The notes under the pieces are model-generated. The model was not told the origin of the DNA and searched no databases. It worked only from the letters and a program-made list of their open reading frames with translations. A program made the position numbers and the translations under genes. Shown here piece after piece: positions 44,880 through 59,855 of a stretch of DNA of 64,000 bases; positions within the stretch are counted from its first letter, which is position 1; every line of letters begins with the position of its first letter. Origin of the DNA: the human T2T-CHM13v2.0 reference genome, Homo sapiens; the NCBI RefSeq assembly GCF_009914755.1, contig NC_060938.1. The stretch is one strand, 5' to 3'.

Positions 44880-47800
44880 TAAATCAGCTTTTGCTGAAAC
44901 AATATTGCACAATAAACAACCCCAATCTTAGTAGCTTCCAACAGCAAACATTTATTTATTTTGTTTCAGTCTGTGGGGTTAACTGCAGTTAACTGTGCTC
45001 CCAGCTGCAGGTCAAATTTAGGTCTGTTCCTATGGCTTTCATTTTTTGGCCCAGGCTGAAGGAGCAGTAGCTCCCTGAGGCAAGCTCTTCTCTAGGAGGG
45101 CTGGAGCAGAAGTAGCCAAGCCAGACTGGGCAAGCACTTTTAAAGCCTCTGCTCAGAGGTGGCTTACATCATGTCTGCGTCCATTCCATTGGGCAAAGCC
45201 AGTCACATGGCCAAGTTCAGTATCAAAGTGGGAGGGAGCGGAAGTCTATTCCTTCCTCAGAGGAGGGGAGGAGGGAAGAGTGAACATTTAAGAACAGTAT
45301 TTGCTAAATAATGCCACCCACATCCTCTAACCTTCAGGAAATCTGGGGAAGTTCACTGGCATGCATGCACATGCACTGCCTTGAATTAGGATTTTTATTT
45401 TATTTGTTTATTTACTAATAGAATAAGGGAAAGTATGAGTTGCAAATCAGGTTGCCACAGAGTGAATTCAGATGACACAACACTGAGCTCATTAAGTAGG
45501 AATCCGAAGCCAGGTGACCTTGAAAATCCTCTATTTGCAGAAACTGTGTGTGTGTGTTTTGCACAGTTAACCCTTCAAAATCCACAGACTGAGCATTCAG
45601 ATCAATCCTTTTTCTTTTTTAAGGGCTGAGAGACCATAGTTTACATCTGGACTACGTGTAAGCTTTGAGACCAGTAAAATTATTCTCTCTGGTTCTGCTT
45701 GTCGAAAACCAATTCATGTTCTCAAGTCTATCTCATTTTATACTGCCATTTCTTTTCCCCAAATAAAAATCACCTGATTGGCTCTCCGAGACTCACTCAA
45801 GCCCTTGGATGAGTCAATTTCCTATCCAGCCTTTTAGTGTCACCTCTGTTTTCACTAAGATATCTGGCAAAGAAAAGGGAGAGACTTCTTTTGCCAAAGG
45901 CTGTGAACCATTGAATTTGAGAGTTCAGCTCCTGTTTTTTTCTTACTTTTTGCTACAGGCTCAATTAGGGGACTCAAAAACCAAAAGAAAAGCAAAACCC
46001 CAAGGCTCATTGTTTGTCTCAGTTTTGCACCAGCTTTCTGCTACCTCCTGAGCCCAGATCTTTTCAAATCTTTTTTAAATTTGAAGATTTGCAGTCTGTT
46101 ACTTTTTAATAAGTGCACCATCCACACAGTCATTTTTAGACAACTCACCCACCCCAACCATTTCTTTTCCCCGAACAGAAGCTTATTTTCGGTTTGATTT
46201 CTTTTTTACTTTTTGCAGAAGAATCCTTTGCCTGAACTAATAAAGAAGAAAAAGAAAGTGCCAGTATTCTTTTGCTTCACAATACGGCAGGAATGAGGAG
46301 GAGGCAAAGTATATCTTTTAAGGAAGGAAAAGATGAGGTTAAAGGAAATGGATGGATCCATTGAATTTGATGACATCCACCCCACACGACCTCCCTGCCT
46401 GGCTCAGCTTTGCATGGCCTTGTTATTGTTTTTATATTCCCTTTTCATAGCAACTTTTCCAGAGAAAAGAGACTGGACAAAGGGATTATTTCAGTAATTT
46501 TCCTCATTGTTCCCTTGGCTCCCATGGCCGTCTTTTCCAAGGCTGATTGTTTACTGCTAGCTAGAGTGGGCTCCTCTCTTTTCTGCTGTTATTATTTCAA
46601 AAGACAGTTGTGTGTTGAAGAAAAATATCATACCAGGTTCTTGTTCTTTAGAATTGAATTAACTAGCTGAGAAAATGACTATCAGCAACCAGTTAGCTTT
46701 TAAGTTGGAGAGTTCCTCGTCCATAAGAACATAGAATTTTAGAGCCACAAGGTATTTAGAGATTGTCATTTCCAACCACCTTACTTTATAGATGGAGTTC
46801 CAAAGAAACTGAAGGCTTTCCCAAGGTCACACCACTAGTTATTGGTAGTACTGGGACTAGAGCCCAGCCGTCCTAATTCTATTCTTCCCATACACCTAAT
46901 TTAATTCCAGAATCTAGATTACACTTAAAGGCACAGACATATTAATCTTTAACTTCTAAAGTGGCAGACTGAGTTTTAACAGAATGCTGAAATTCTCAGT
47001 AGAGATAATAAGGGGGGTCTTTGGGGAAAGAATAAAACTGTACAAGAATAAAACAGTTTCCCAGCTTCTTGCTTTTGGTAGAAATATATCTAACAAGAGA
47101 GTTCCAAGCATGCAAATGTAAAGAAAAGAGTTTGATTGTCAAAGCTAACCTGAAAAATTTTCTCCTGCATCATTCTGGGAGACTCCAGAACAAAGAAACA
47201 CAATGTCATTAACAAAGGAAGGAGGGATTTGAAAGGGCTCAGTGCTTTTACACTTAAAACATATCCTTTTTTTCTTCCAGGTTATAAACATGGTTTTGGT
47301 GATGGAAATTTCTTACAAAGCAGCACAGTCTCTTTGCCCTATTCCTGTAACAATAACACTGAATTTAAATAACTCTAATCTTCAAATAGGCTAGAGTATC
47401 TTGCAGATATCTTTGAGTTGTTTGATCACTTTCTCTTTGCCAGTTTCCCCTGCATCACTCAGCTCTGCATGGCCTTTTAATTTTTTCCCATATTTCTTTA
47501 TCACTGCAACCTTTTCTTACAGCAAGAGAAGACTGGGAAAAGCAATTTCAATCATTTCCCTCACCACTCCCTTGGAAAGTAGAGGGTAGAGGGTGGAAAA
47601 CAGCTGTTGTGGATAAGGGTGGTGGGGCAGGAGTGAGGAGTTGTGGAAATATTGATTATTTGAGTCTTAATTTATTTCCTAAAGGGAGAAGTCTTGAGCC
47701 TCCAAAATTGAGGAAGTTATTTAAAGTTGAGTGTTCAAATTGGTAGAAGGGAAGGAGGTAGCATTAATAGGCACAGATAAGTCTGCATATTTTAGGTGTT

Positions 47801-48242
47801 GTTGCAAAAACATGTGCCCCCTTTTGCTGTTTTCCCCAGGACCTGGAGCACACAGTCCCTGAGTATAGAGCTTTCCTGGAGGTCCCCTCCTTGCGTCACC
47901 AGTCTTGTCCCCTTCCCTTTACCTTTCCTTCCTCCCTCTTTGTGTTTCTCTCTTGGTTTTTGCTTTCTTTCCTTCTTTCATTGAATCACCTTTCTTTTAT
48001 GTCTAAGATTGTTGGGCGCGTGTTTTCGGGTTTATAGGCCTCTTTTATTTTATTTTAAATAGTATTTAATTTAAAAATTCATAATCATAACAACAATGTA
48101 AATACCAGCTGCCTTTTATTGACCATATTTCTAAGGGCTTTCTGTATATTTAATCACCACCACAGAACTACTGATCACTGCTCTTTCCTCCATTTGACAG
48201 ATGAGGAAATGAAAGTTAGGGAGTTGAATAACTTATTTACAG

Positions 48243-48577
<335 letters not shown>

Positions 48578-49945
48578 TAATTGGAAGAGCTGAGATCTGA
48601 ACACATGCTTTTCCAGTTGGAAAGCCTGTTTTCTAGATGTTACTATGCTATCAATAACCATCTCCTTCCTCCCCTTCCTCCACCCGCACCATCTCCAAAA
48701 TCCCTGGAACTTAAATCTTTGCCCTCTATGTGATTTCTACACGTGGCATCAAAGTTTCTGGCCAAAAAGCATGCTGTGTGATTGTATTCACCTTTGACAA
48801 TCAAGGTGGAGCTGCACTTGTGTTTATGTATTAAGGATGAACAGAGCAAAAGAAGAGATACCTTGGTTAATTAGAGTGTCAGATTCTGGAAGGTTTCTTA
48901 GAGAAAAACAAGAGAGACACAAATTCATTCAATTTGTTCCACAGATAGTTATTGTCATTGAGTCTGTAGCTTTCAGAAAAGAAAGGACTCCACTTGAAAA
49001 GAAAACCACTCAAACAGTCTTCCTCATTCCTACTTCCAGGTGCTCATTAAGGAAGTTTTGTTTCAAAATACTTTGATTTTAAAATGGAGTGTCAAGGGGT
49101 CCTGGATCAACAGCTCTGACAGGAGCTCAGTCTTCTATTTATTTTCAGAAAAGGAATAAAACACATTAGGCTAAGGAATTAAATCTCCGTCCCACCCCCA
49201 CCTTCTCTCCCCTCTTTTCCTTTCTCCCTGCCCTGACCCTCCATCTGAATGTCTTTGTCCTGGCTATGCAGAGAGCATGAGAGAGACTTGAAAGCAGTGT
49301 GGTCAAGTGTTGTGTTCAGCACAAGCTCTGCTTGGTTGGCAAAGCGCTTCTTTTCTCCTTGTCAATATTTCTGTAAGTGAAGAGACAGGCACATGAAAAG
49401 AGAAACACACCTCTCCTGCTTCCTCAGTGACTGTTTTCTGTACCTATGGCAGTTGCTGTGATACTATCTAGGGATCTCCCCAGCATGCCACAGTCCTGTG
49501 TTTGAACCTCAAATCCCTGGAAATCTCACCCCCAGTGCAGCAGGAGTTTGCTTGATCAGTCCTGAAGTGCTTTGGAAGCAGAGGTCATGATGGCTGTTGG
49601 CAGTGGTTGACATATATGAAAGAGAATAAAGATGAAACCCATCAAGTTTAATTTTATTCTAGACTTTAGATGGAATTCCACTACTGAATTCCAGAGGGTA
49701 GAAGGCCAGGGCTAGCTCCCATGCCTGCTGGCCTTTGTAGAAGAATGTTAATTTGAATAGCAATGTGAAAATGACTGCTGTGTTATTTGCCTAGCTTTAG
49801 GTAGAATATAATTGATGATAATAAACAATATTTGAGTGCCTTCTCTGTATTAGGTTTTACAAATATTATTTCCTTAAGTCTTTACAACAAATCCACGAGA
49901 TGGGTAGGTCATCTTTTACCCATTTTTATGTATAAAGAAACTGAG

Positions 49946-50320
<375 letters not shown>

Positions 50321-50785
50321 CAACAAACCGAGGCTCAGGGTTTTTGGAATATTTCCCCAAAGACATTTAGCAAGGACTGGGACTCAGAAGCCCAGGAATG
50401 CTCTTTCAATTTGATGCACTGTATATATTATATGTATCAAAGTATTTTCTGTCTTCTAGGAAGGACTATATCCTGTGGAATGGAATATATGTGGGCAGAA
50501 GTAGGAAATGGCCAAGAGCTCAACATTATACTATTTAGATAGTCAGCCCTAGAGTCCTAAGAGGAAACCAGAGTAAATGATGCTTTGCAAGAAGTCATAA
50601 AGTCTCTGAAAGAAAAATACTTATGGTATTCACAGGTGATAGTGACTTGGAAGATAGATATTTAAAAGTTACAAGGATAAGAGATTCAGAATTTGTTAAG
50701 TGGACTAGAACATAGAAATGGGATGCACCTTCAATATCAGTAGTCAAGAGAAGGCTGGAAAGCATCCATTACAATAAAGTTTGGG

Positions 50786-52702
50786 TGTTTTCACAATGGA
50801 TTTGCTGCTAGAACACAAGTGTCATGAAAAACATGGCCTAAAAGCCAAAAGGGGAAAAGAGAAGACTCCAACCAACATTGATGTCATTGGACACTTAGGT
50901 TCAGGCAAGTCCACCACTACTGGCCATCTGATCTACAGATGTGGTGGTATGGTGGTATCGGCAAAAGAATCATCAAAAGATTTGAGGAGGAGGCTGCTGA
51001 GAGGGAAAAAGCTCTTTCAAATATGGCTGGGTCTTGGATAAACTAAAAGCTGAGCCTGAGCCTGATGTCATCATTGATATCTCCCTATGGAAATTTGAAA
51101 CCAGCAAGTGCTATGTGACTATCATTAATGCCCCAGGACACAGAGACTTTATCAAAAACATGGTTACAGGCATATCTTAGGCTGGCTGTGCTGTCCTGAT
51201 TGTTGCTGCTGGCATTGGTGAATTTGAAGCCAGCATCTCTAAGAATGGGCAGATCCAGGAGCATGCTCTCCTGGCTTACACACTGGGTGTGAAACAACAA
51301 ATCCTTGGTGTTAGCAAAATAGATTCCACTGAGCCACTCTACAGTCAGAAGAGATACAAGGAAATAGTTAAGGAAATCAGTACTTTCCTTAAGAAAATTG
51401 GCTACAACCTTGACACAGTAGCATTTGTGTCCATTTCTGGTTGGAATGGTGGCAGCATGCTGAAGCCAAGTGCTCACAGGCCTTGGTTCAAGGGATGGAA
51501 AGTCACCCGTAAAGATGGCAATGCCAGTGGGACCACACTGCCTGAAGCTCTGGACTGCGTCCTATCACTAACTTGTCCAACTGTCAGGCCCTTGCATCTG
51601 CCACTCCAGGATGTCTACAGACTTGGTGGTACTGATACTATCTTTGTGGGCAGAGTTGGTGGTACTGATACTATCTTTGTGGGCCGAGCAAAGCCTGGGT
51701 TTCTCAAACCCGGCATGGTGGTCACCTTTGCTCCAGTCAACATTGCAACTAAAGATGTGTTGAAATGTACCATGAAGCTTTGAGTGAAGCTCTTCCTGGG
51801 GACAATGTAAGCTTCAATGTCAAAAAGGTGCCTGTCAAAGATGTTCATTGTGGCAACACTGCTGGTAACAGCAAAAATGACCCACCAATGGAAGAAGCTG
51901 GCTTCACTGCCCAGGTAACTGTCCTGAACCATCCAGGCCAAATCAGTGTTGGTTATGCCCCTGTAATGGATTAACACACAACTCACATTGCTTGCAACTT
52001 TGTTGAACTGAAGGAAAAGATGGATCACCATTTTGGTAAGGAGCTGGAAGATGATCCTAAATTCTTGAAGTCTGGTGATGCTGCCATTTTTGGTATAGTT
52101 CCTGGCAAGCCTATGTGTGTTGAGAGCTTCTCTCACAATACTCCTCTGGGTTGTTTTGTTGTTTGTGATATAAGATAGACAGTTGCTATGGATGTCATCA
52201 AAGCAGGGGACAAGAAGCCTGCTGGAGCTGGCAAGGTCACCAAGCCTGCCCAGAAAGCTCGGAAGGTTACATGAATATTATCCCTAATACCTGCCATGCC
52301 AGTCTTCACCCTTTATGCCTGACGTTGCATTTTTTTTTTTGAATTTTTGCATTCAGACCTTGGCAATGACCTTGAGCAGTAGGATATAAATAACTCCCAC
52401 ATGCTTAGCATTCCAGTAATGGAACAGTAGGCATAAATGGGTTTTAATCAGTGGTGGAAGAACAGTCTCAGAATTATTTGTTTCAATTGACCATTTAAGG
52501 TTAATAAAGGCTGGTTAATGATAACAGTGCATTGTAAAAAATTCACAAGGAAAGGAGAGTGTTTTGTGGATTTGTGTGTGTGTGTGTGTGTGGCAGTTTT
52601 AAGTTATTAGTTTTTAAAATCAGTACTTTTTAATGGAAACAACTTGACCAAGAATCTATCACAGAATTTTGAGACCCATTAAAACAAAGCTTAATGAGGA
52701 AA
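50786..52702 (+). pseudogene. EEF1A1P: EEF1A1 processed pseudogene (5' UTR, CDS remnant 50850-52274, 3' UTR)
   Basis: Intronless. Peptides [57 protein letters not shown] and EEF1A1-type UTRs. ATG is mutated to AGG (50850), with stops at 51178-80 and 51972-74 and frameshifts. TSD aataaagtttggg (50773-50785/52703-52715). The pseudogene number cannot be determined. Confidence 0.97.
52309..52441 (-). mobile_element. MER85 (piggyBac/PGBD3-derived MITE)
   Basis: TIRs ccctttatgcct...aggcataaatggg. The reverse complement reads cccatttatgcctactgttccattactggaatgctaagcatgtgggagttatttatatcctactgctcaaggtc. Flanks ttca/(tt)ttaa replace the TTAA of the EEF1A1 3' UTR. Confidence 0.9.
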
Positions 52703-52803
52703 AATAAAGTTTGGGAGATAAAGGAATACGAAGAAAATTTCAAGAGCCTAAATTGCTTCTGTGGATCAGTCCTGGGGTCACAGAGTTGAGGACTGAATTT
52801 CTG

Positions 52804-53085
52804 ATGCCTATAATCCCAGCACTTTGGGAGGCTGAGACAGGCAGATCGCTTGAGGCCAAGAGTTCAAGACCAGCCTGGCCAACATGGCAAAACCCCGTCT
52901 CTACTAAAAATACAAAAATTAGGCAGACATGGTGGCATGCATCTGTAATCTCAGGTACTCAGGAGGCTGAGGTAGGAGAATTGCTTGAACTGGGGAGGTG
53001 GAGGTTGCAGTGAGCTGAGATCGCGCCACTGCCCTCCAGCGTGGGTGACAAAGTGAGACTCCGTCTCAAAAAAAAAAAAAAAAAA
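52804..53085 (+). mobile_element. AluS, slightly 5'-truncated
   Basis: Starts at atgcctataatcccagc and ends in an A tail. Confidence 0.88.
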
Positions 53086-53543
53086 TAGTGAATGCACTTT
53101 TAGCCTCCTTGAGTCTCGGCTGTCTGGTGTATCAGGTCCAAAACATAGTGATCTAAGCCCGTCAATCCGAGGTCTGTGTTCAGGTGTGGGTGTCATACTT
53201 TATGAGGAACATACACATATGGAAACAAATTCAGAGAAAGGTGACTGTGGTGGTGGAGAATAGGAAATCATGCCTGGGTTCTTCAGGCAGCTTTCACGTC
53301 CAGGTAACAGAAAACTCAACTCAAAGGATGAGTAATGACAAGATGGTTGGTTTTCTTAAAATATTAGGAATTCTCACCAGATATATTCCAACTTCTCTAA
53401 GTAATTTATCATGGATTCAACTATCCATCAATTTTTCAAACTTATTTCTTTTAAAAAATTAATAAGTTTAAAAATATTAAAGGCAGTATTCATGGTATTG
53501 AGAAAAAGTCAAACAATGTTAGATGGGTATAGGTGAAAAGTAA

Positions 53544-53915
<372 letters not shown>

Positions 53916-54698
53916 AGATGTAACCATCTTTAATAGTTTTCTGTATTCATGCCAGCATTGTTTCATGAGTATGTTAGCACATTATGTATGATTTTTTCCT
54001 TTTATCAGTTTCAGACCAATGAGTTGTTCTGCTAACATTCTCTAACCACGACAGATGTGGGATTTTTTCATATTATAATGAAGTTATTTTTCTAAACAGA
54101 TTCTATGTATTTCAATATATCGCAGTTTTTATTCTTTTTGATGCTTAGACTGAATTTCCTTCTGAGTGCTATTGGTAAAGTTTCAGTAATCTTTTATAGC
54201 TTTTTTACTTTCTAGTACAACAAGGTTTTCTAGGCTTTCATGTACATTCTCTGTCCTCTGCCTGAAATCGACTATTTTTTGAAGAGCCCTGTTCCTTTCT
54301 TGGGAAATAGAATTTAGAAATTGCTATTAAGGCATTAGAAGTGGTGACTGGTCATTTTTTTTTTAGATTATTTTAATGGAAGGAGCTAAAAAACATATTT
54401 TTAAAAAGAAAAGTAAGTACTGTATTTCCAATTGAAATGTAATGTTACAGGGTTTTACCTTTTTGAATATAATATTTTATGATTTCACGTTTGCTAAAAG
54501 TCAATGTAGTTAGGTTACGTCCTAACTACATTGACTTAATTATTACGTGATCAATCCGGCTGTGTGTGTGTTGTGCATATGTGAATTTTACACACATAAT
54601 AGTATCACAATTATCTAAAGAATATTATTACTATCGATATGATAGTGGAAAAATTTAAGAATTTCTTTGCAGTTATTTTTTACGATATATCACATTAG

Positions 54699-54998
<300 letters not shown>

Positions 54999-55252
54999 AA
55001 ATTGTTGTGTTTTAAAGTCATTTGAAATAATTATTCTTTGCATGGTACACAGTTTCTTTTGTTTCAGTTTTGCTTTTGATTTTAAGGGGCTTTCATTTCT
55101 GTTTAATTTTGTTTTAAACTTATGATAAATAGTTACAGGCTTCAAAGTCACATTTTCAAAACAAAGTATATTCAGTATATTTTGTCCCTGTCTCCTCACC
55201 CTGTTCTTTCTCTTGTATAGTCTTATAAACTTTTGGTTTATGTTTCCATTTA

Positions 55253-55575
<323 letters not shown>

Positions 55576-57062
55576 AATTTTATGAGCAAATACGTATATG
55601 TTTATATTATTTCCCACCTTCTTAGATTAAAAGGTAGCATGCCCTTCACACTATTCTGCAACTTCCATTTTTCTCTTAACATATCTAGGAGATGGCTACA
55701 TAGCTGAACATAGAGATTTCTTCATTTCTTATTGCAGTTACAGGGTACTCCATTTGTGGATGTATTTTACGTTATTAAACCAGCTCCTTATTAATGACAA
55801 TTAAGTTGTTTCCAGCCTTTTTGTATTAAAAACAATTGTCTTGTGCAAAAAATATTTAATAATTTTGCCACTGGATATTTGGGATAGATCTTTGGAAATG
55901 GAATTGCTGGTTCAAAACATCTATCACTAAGAACATCTTTGTGAAGGGGAAACTGAATTTAATATACATTTAGTGTGAGTTTAGGATGATCTATTTATGT
56001 AGTTTGCCATCATTTTGTGCATGAATTACTGCTAGCTGTCTCATAGTTGGAATGCCTTCCAGGAATATTTCTCCTCATTCACTGTGCCAGATGACCTGCA
56101 TCAGGATGCCGAGTTTTAGGATCCAACATAGAACCCTCACTAGGCCATTGCAACAAGGACATCAACAATAAATTAGTTAATAAGTGCCATAAATTCAAAG
56201 TATGTATGACTAGTCACTGTACAGAAATTACTAATCAGGAGTTTGTGAGGTTGAAATAAACTTTTCTTAACTATCCATCATGAAAATATAAATTTTGATC
56301 AACCAGGTTAAGGGGAAGAATTATTTTTTTTCTCTTTAGGAAGAATTGTTTCTCTTTTTACAAAATCATTGTCATGTAAAAAAACAAAGCAATGTAACCA
56401 AAAATATATAGGAAAAAGTATTACAGATGTGTGTCAGTCTAAATACTATGCATTTTTCTGGACTTTGTGATTGATAACTTTGTCAGCTTTTTAAAATTTG
56501 TAACTTTTTTACTATTTTCATTTTAAATAATCATTTTCACTTGTAACTTTATAGTCACAATTTTGTGTTCTTTTTTTAAAAATACAGTCACCCAAACTGC
56601 ATTGGTTTCAGGCCACATATAGCTGTGCTATGCCTTTGCTTGTTGGAGTGATAGATCCTGCGGCTTTCAATAATGGAGCAGAAAATTACAGGCTGAGTTC
56701 TAGTGGGAAGCGCACTCTTCTCTTAGGAGGCTCTGCAAGTCATGGCAATGGGTTAGTATATGTAATTCTCTGCAGGAATACCCCTTTCCTGCAGAGGAGT
56801 TCACACCAGCGCATCTAGTAGTAAATACTTAAGCAAAATAATACAACCTACATAGTTGCTGTCTTGTTTGCTCCTACATAGAAATTCCCTTGCCCTTTCC
56901 CAAAGTAGATTTCTCCAAAGTTCCATTCAATCTTGATGTTGGCCCAAAGATTAGTATTTTGTGATCATATTTTATTAGTTCCAGATGTGATTCTTGAGTG
57001 GGAAGAGAATGAACAAAAACACTAAACGATAAGCCAACAAAACTACCCAAAACTAGTACCAT

Positions 57063-58651
57063 TGTGTCCGAAATTGGTGGATTCTTGGTCTCATTGACTT
57101 CAAGAATGAAGCTGCGGATCCTCGCGGTGAGTGTTACAGTTCTTAAAGATGGTGTGTCCGGAGTTTGTTCCTTCTGATGTTTGGACGTGTTCAGAGTTTC
57201 TTCCTTCTGGTGGGTTCGTGGTCTTGCTGGCTTCAGGAGTGAAGCTGCAGACCTTCGCTGTGAGTGTTAGAGCTCTTAAGGCGGTATCTCTGGAGTTGTT
57301 CGTTCCTCCCATCTGGAGTTGTCAATTCCTCCCGCTGGGTTCATGGTCTCGCTGGCCTCAAGAGTGAAGCTGCAGACCTTTGTGGTGAGTGTTACAGCTC
57401 ACAAAGGCGGTGCAGACCCAAAGAGTGGGCAGCAGCAAGATTTATTGCAAAGAGCGAAAGAACAAAGCTTCCACAGTGCGGCAGGGGACCCAAGCGGGTT
57501 GTTGCTGCTGGCTCGGGCAGCCTGCTTCTGTTCCCTTATCTGACCCCACCTGCATCCTGCTGATTGGCCCATTTTACAGTGAGCTGATTGGTCTGTTTTA
57601 CAGAGAGCTGATTGGTCCATTTTTACAGGGTGCTGATCGGTGTGTGTTTACAATCCCTGAGCTAGACACAGATTGCTGATTGGTGTATTTACAATCCTCT
57701 AGCTAGACCGAAAAGTTCTCCAAGTCCCCACTAGATTAACTAGACACGGAGCCCTGATTGGTGCGTTTACAAACCTTGAGCTAGACACAGGGTGCTGATT
57801 GGTGCATTTACAAACCTTGAGCTAGACACAGAGTGCTGATTGGTGTATTTACAATGCTTTAGCTAGACATAAAAGTTCTCCAAGTCCCCACCAGATTAGC
57901 TAGATATAGAGTGCTGACTGGTACATCCATGAACCCTGAGCAAGACACAGAATGCTGATTGGTGCATATACAATCCTCCCGCTAGACATAAAAGTTCTCC
58001 AAGTCCCCACCTGACTCAGGAGCCCAGCTGGCTTCGCCTAGGGGATCCCGTGTCAGGGCTGCGGGTGGAGCTGCCGCCAGTCCTGCGCCATGTGCCTGCA
58101 CTCCTCAGCCCTTGGGCAGCCGATGGGACCAGGCACCACAGAGCAAGGGGCAGCGCCCGTTGGGGAGGCTCAGGCTGCGTGGGAGCCCACCATGGTGGGG
58201 GGCTTGGGCATGGCGGGCTGCAGGTCCCCAGCCCTGCCCTGTGGGGAGGCGGCTGAGGCCCGGTGAGAATTCGAGCGTGGCGTGGGCAGGCTGGCAGTGC
58301 TGGGGGACCTGGTGCCCCCTCTGCAGCTGCTGGCCCGGGTGCTAAGCCCCTCACTGCCCGGGGCCGGCAGTGCCAGCTGGCTGCTCGGAGTGCGGGGCTT
58401 GCAGAGCCCGCCCCCACTTGGAACTCGTGCTGGCCTGTGAGTGCCGCGCGCAGCCTGGTTTCCCACCTGCACCTCTCCCTCCACACCTCCCCACAAGCCA
58501 AGGGAGCTGGCTCCGGCCTCGACTGGCCCAGAGAGGGGTTCCCACAGTGCAGCAGCAGGCTGAAGGGCTCCTCAAGAGTGGCCAGAGCAGACGCTGAGGC
58601 CAAGGAGGCGCTGAGAGCGAGTGAGGGCTGCTAACACGTTGTCACCTCTCA
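57063..58651 (-). mobile_element. Long LTR12 (LTR12B/D/E-like) solo LTR
   Basis: tgtgtccgaa...gtcacctctca with CCAAT repeats. TSD ccat/ctat. Confidence 0.92.
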
Positions 58652-58689
58652 CTATCACAAAAATATGATTAAATTTTTTAAATTAAAAT

Positions 58690-59855
58690 AATTTAATAAA
58701 AAAATTTTAATTTTAATTTTTGTAGATTCACAAGGTATATGTGCAATTTTGTGCTGGGTCTGTCTTGTGGACCCTGGCCGGCCTACAGATGAAAGGAGTA
58801 CTCAGACACAGGTATGCAGTGTAAGAGCAGCTAGGAGACTGGTGGGCTCTAGTGGCCGAAGTGCAGCAGCCCTGAGAAGCTGGAGCTGCTTGCCTTTATT
58901 CAGTGTGGGCACAATGCCAAAAGCCTGGAGCAAACACAATCTGTGGGTAATTAACATTTATTGTTCCTCTTTCAGGGAACCTCATGAAGCCTGGATGATA
59001 AAACATTAGCTCCTGGTCAACATAAGTAAACAAACCTGTTTAAGATAAATTCCCCTACACTCCCTTGTACCTACTCCTTGCCCTCTGCCTCAGGGCTAGA
59101 GAACAGCTGCCTTCATCTATTCTCCCCCAAAGCTATGCAGAGCCTTCTGACCTTTCAGAAGACCTACTCCTTTTCCTATAGTTTCTCCCACCACTCTGAC
59201 CAATCTCCTACAGTTTTGTTTGATGATATATTGCATAGTGATGAAGTCTGGGCTTTTAGTGCACCCTTCCTTGAAGAATGAACATTTTATGCAGTAAGTA
59301 ATTTTTCAACTGTCATTCCCCTCCCACCCTGCCCTCTTGTGGAGTACCCAGTGTCTATTAGTCCTCTGTGTATTGTCCGTGTGTACCCACTGCTTAGCTC
59401 CCACTTATAAGTGAAAACATGCAGTATTTGATTTTCTGTTTCTGAGTCATGTCACTTAGGATAATGGCCTCCAGCTCTATCCATGTTGCTACAAAATACA
59501 TGATTTCATTCTTTTTTTTTTAATGGCTGTTATCTGTGATATATGTGCCAAATTTTTTTTTTTTATCCAATCCACTGCTGATAGGCACTTAGGTTGATTC
59601 CATGACTTTGCTATTGTGAATAGTGCTGCAATAAACATACAAGGCAGGTGTCTTTTTGCTAGAATAATTTATATTCCTTTGGGTAGATATCCAGTAGTGT
59701 GATTGCTAGGTCAAATGGTAGTTCTAGTTTCAGTTCTTTGAGAAACCTCCATACTGCTTTCCCTAGAGGTTGTAAACGTAAATTACATTCCCACCAGCAG
59801 TGTGTAAGTGTTCCATTTTCTCTGCATTCCTGCCAACATCTGTTGTTTTCTGACT
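58690..59855 (-). mobile_element. L1PB/MA 3' end split by an LTR22
   Basis: Antisense L1 3' UTR motifs (ttagctcccacttataagtgaaaacatgcagtatttg, cattcccaccagcagtgtgtaag). Confidence 0.8.
58750..59212 (-). mobile_element. LTR22-like (HERV-K HML-5) solo LTR
   Basis: The reverse complement begins tgtaggagattggtcagagtggtgggagaaactatagg. It interrupts the L1 at gtgca|gtttt. Confidence 0.7.

Noticed and set aside
51289-51783. 164-aa EF1-alpha ORF as a functional truncated gene
   Set aside because: It has a non-ATG start, lacks the G1 motif, carries many substitutions and is flanked by stops and frameshifts. It is a pseudogene fragment.
51615-52136. 173-aa minus-strand ORF (also 51085-51477)
   Set aside because: Antisense shadow of the EEF1A1 coding frame, with no independent evidence of coding.
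58016-58634. 195-aa and 123-aa ORFs
   Set aside because: Same LTR12 U3 artefact.
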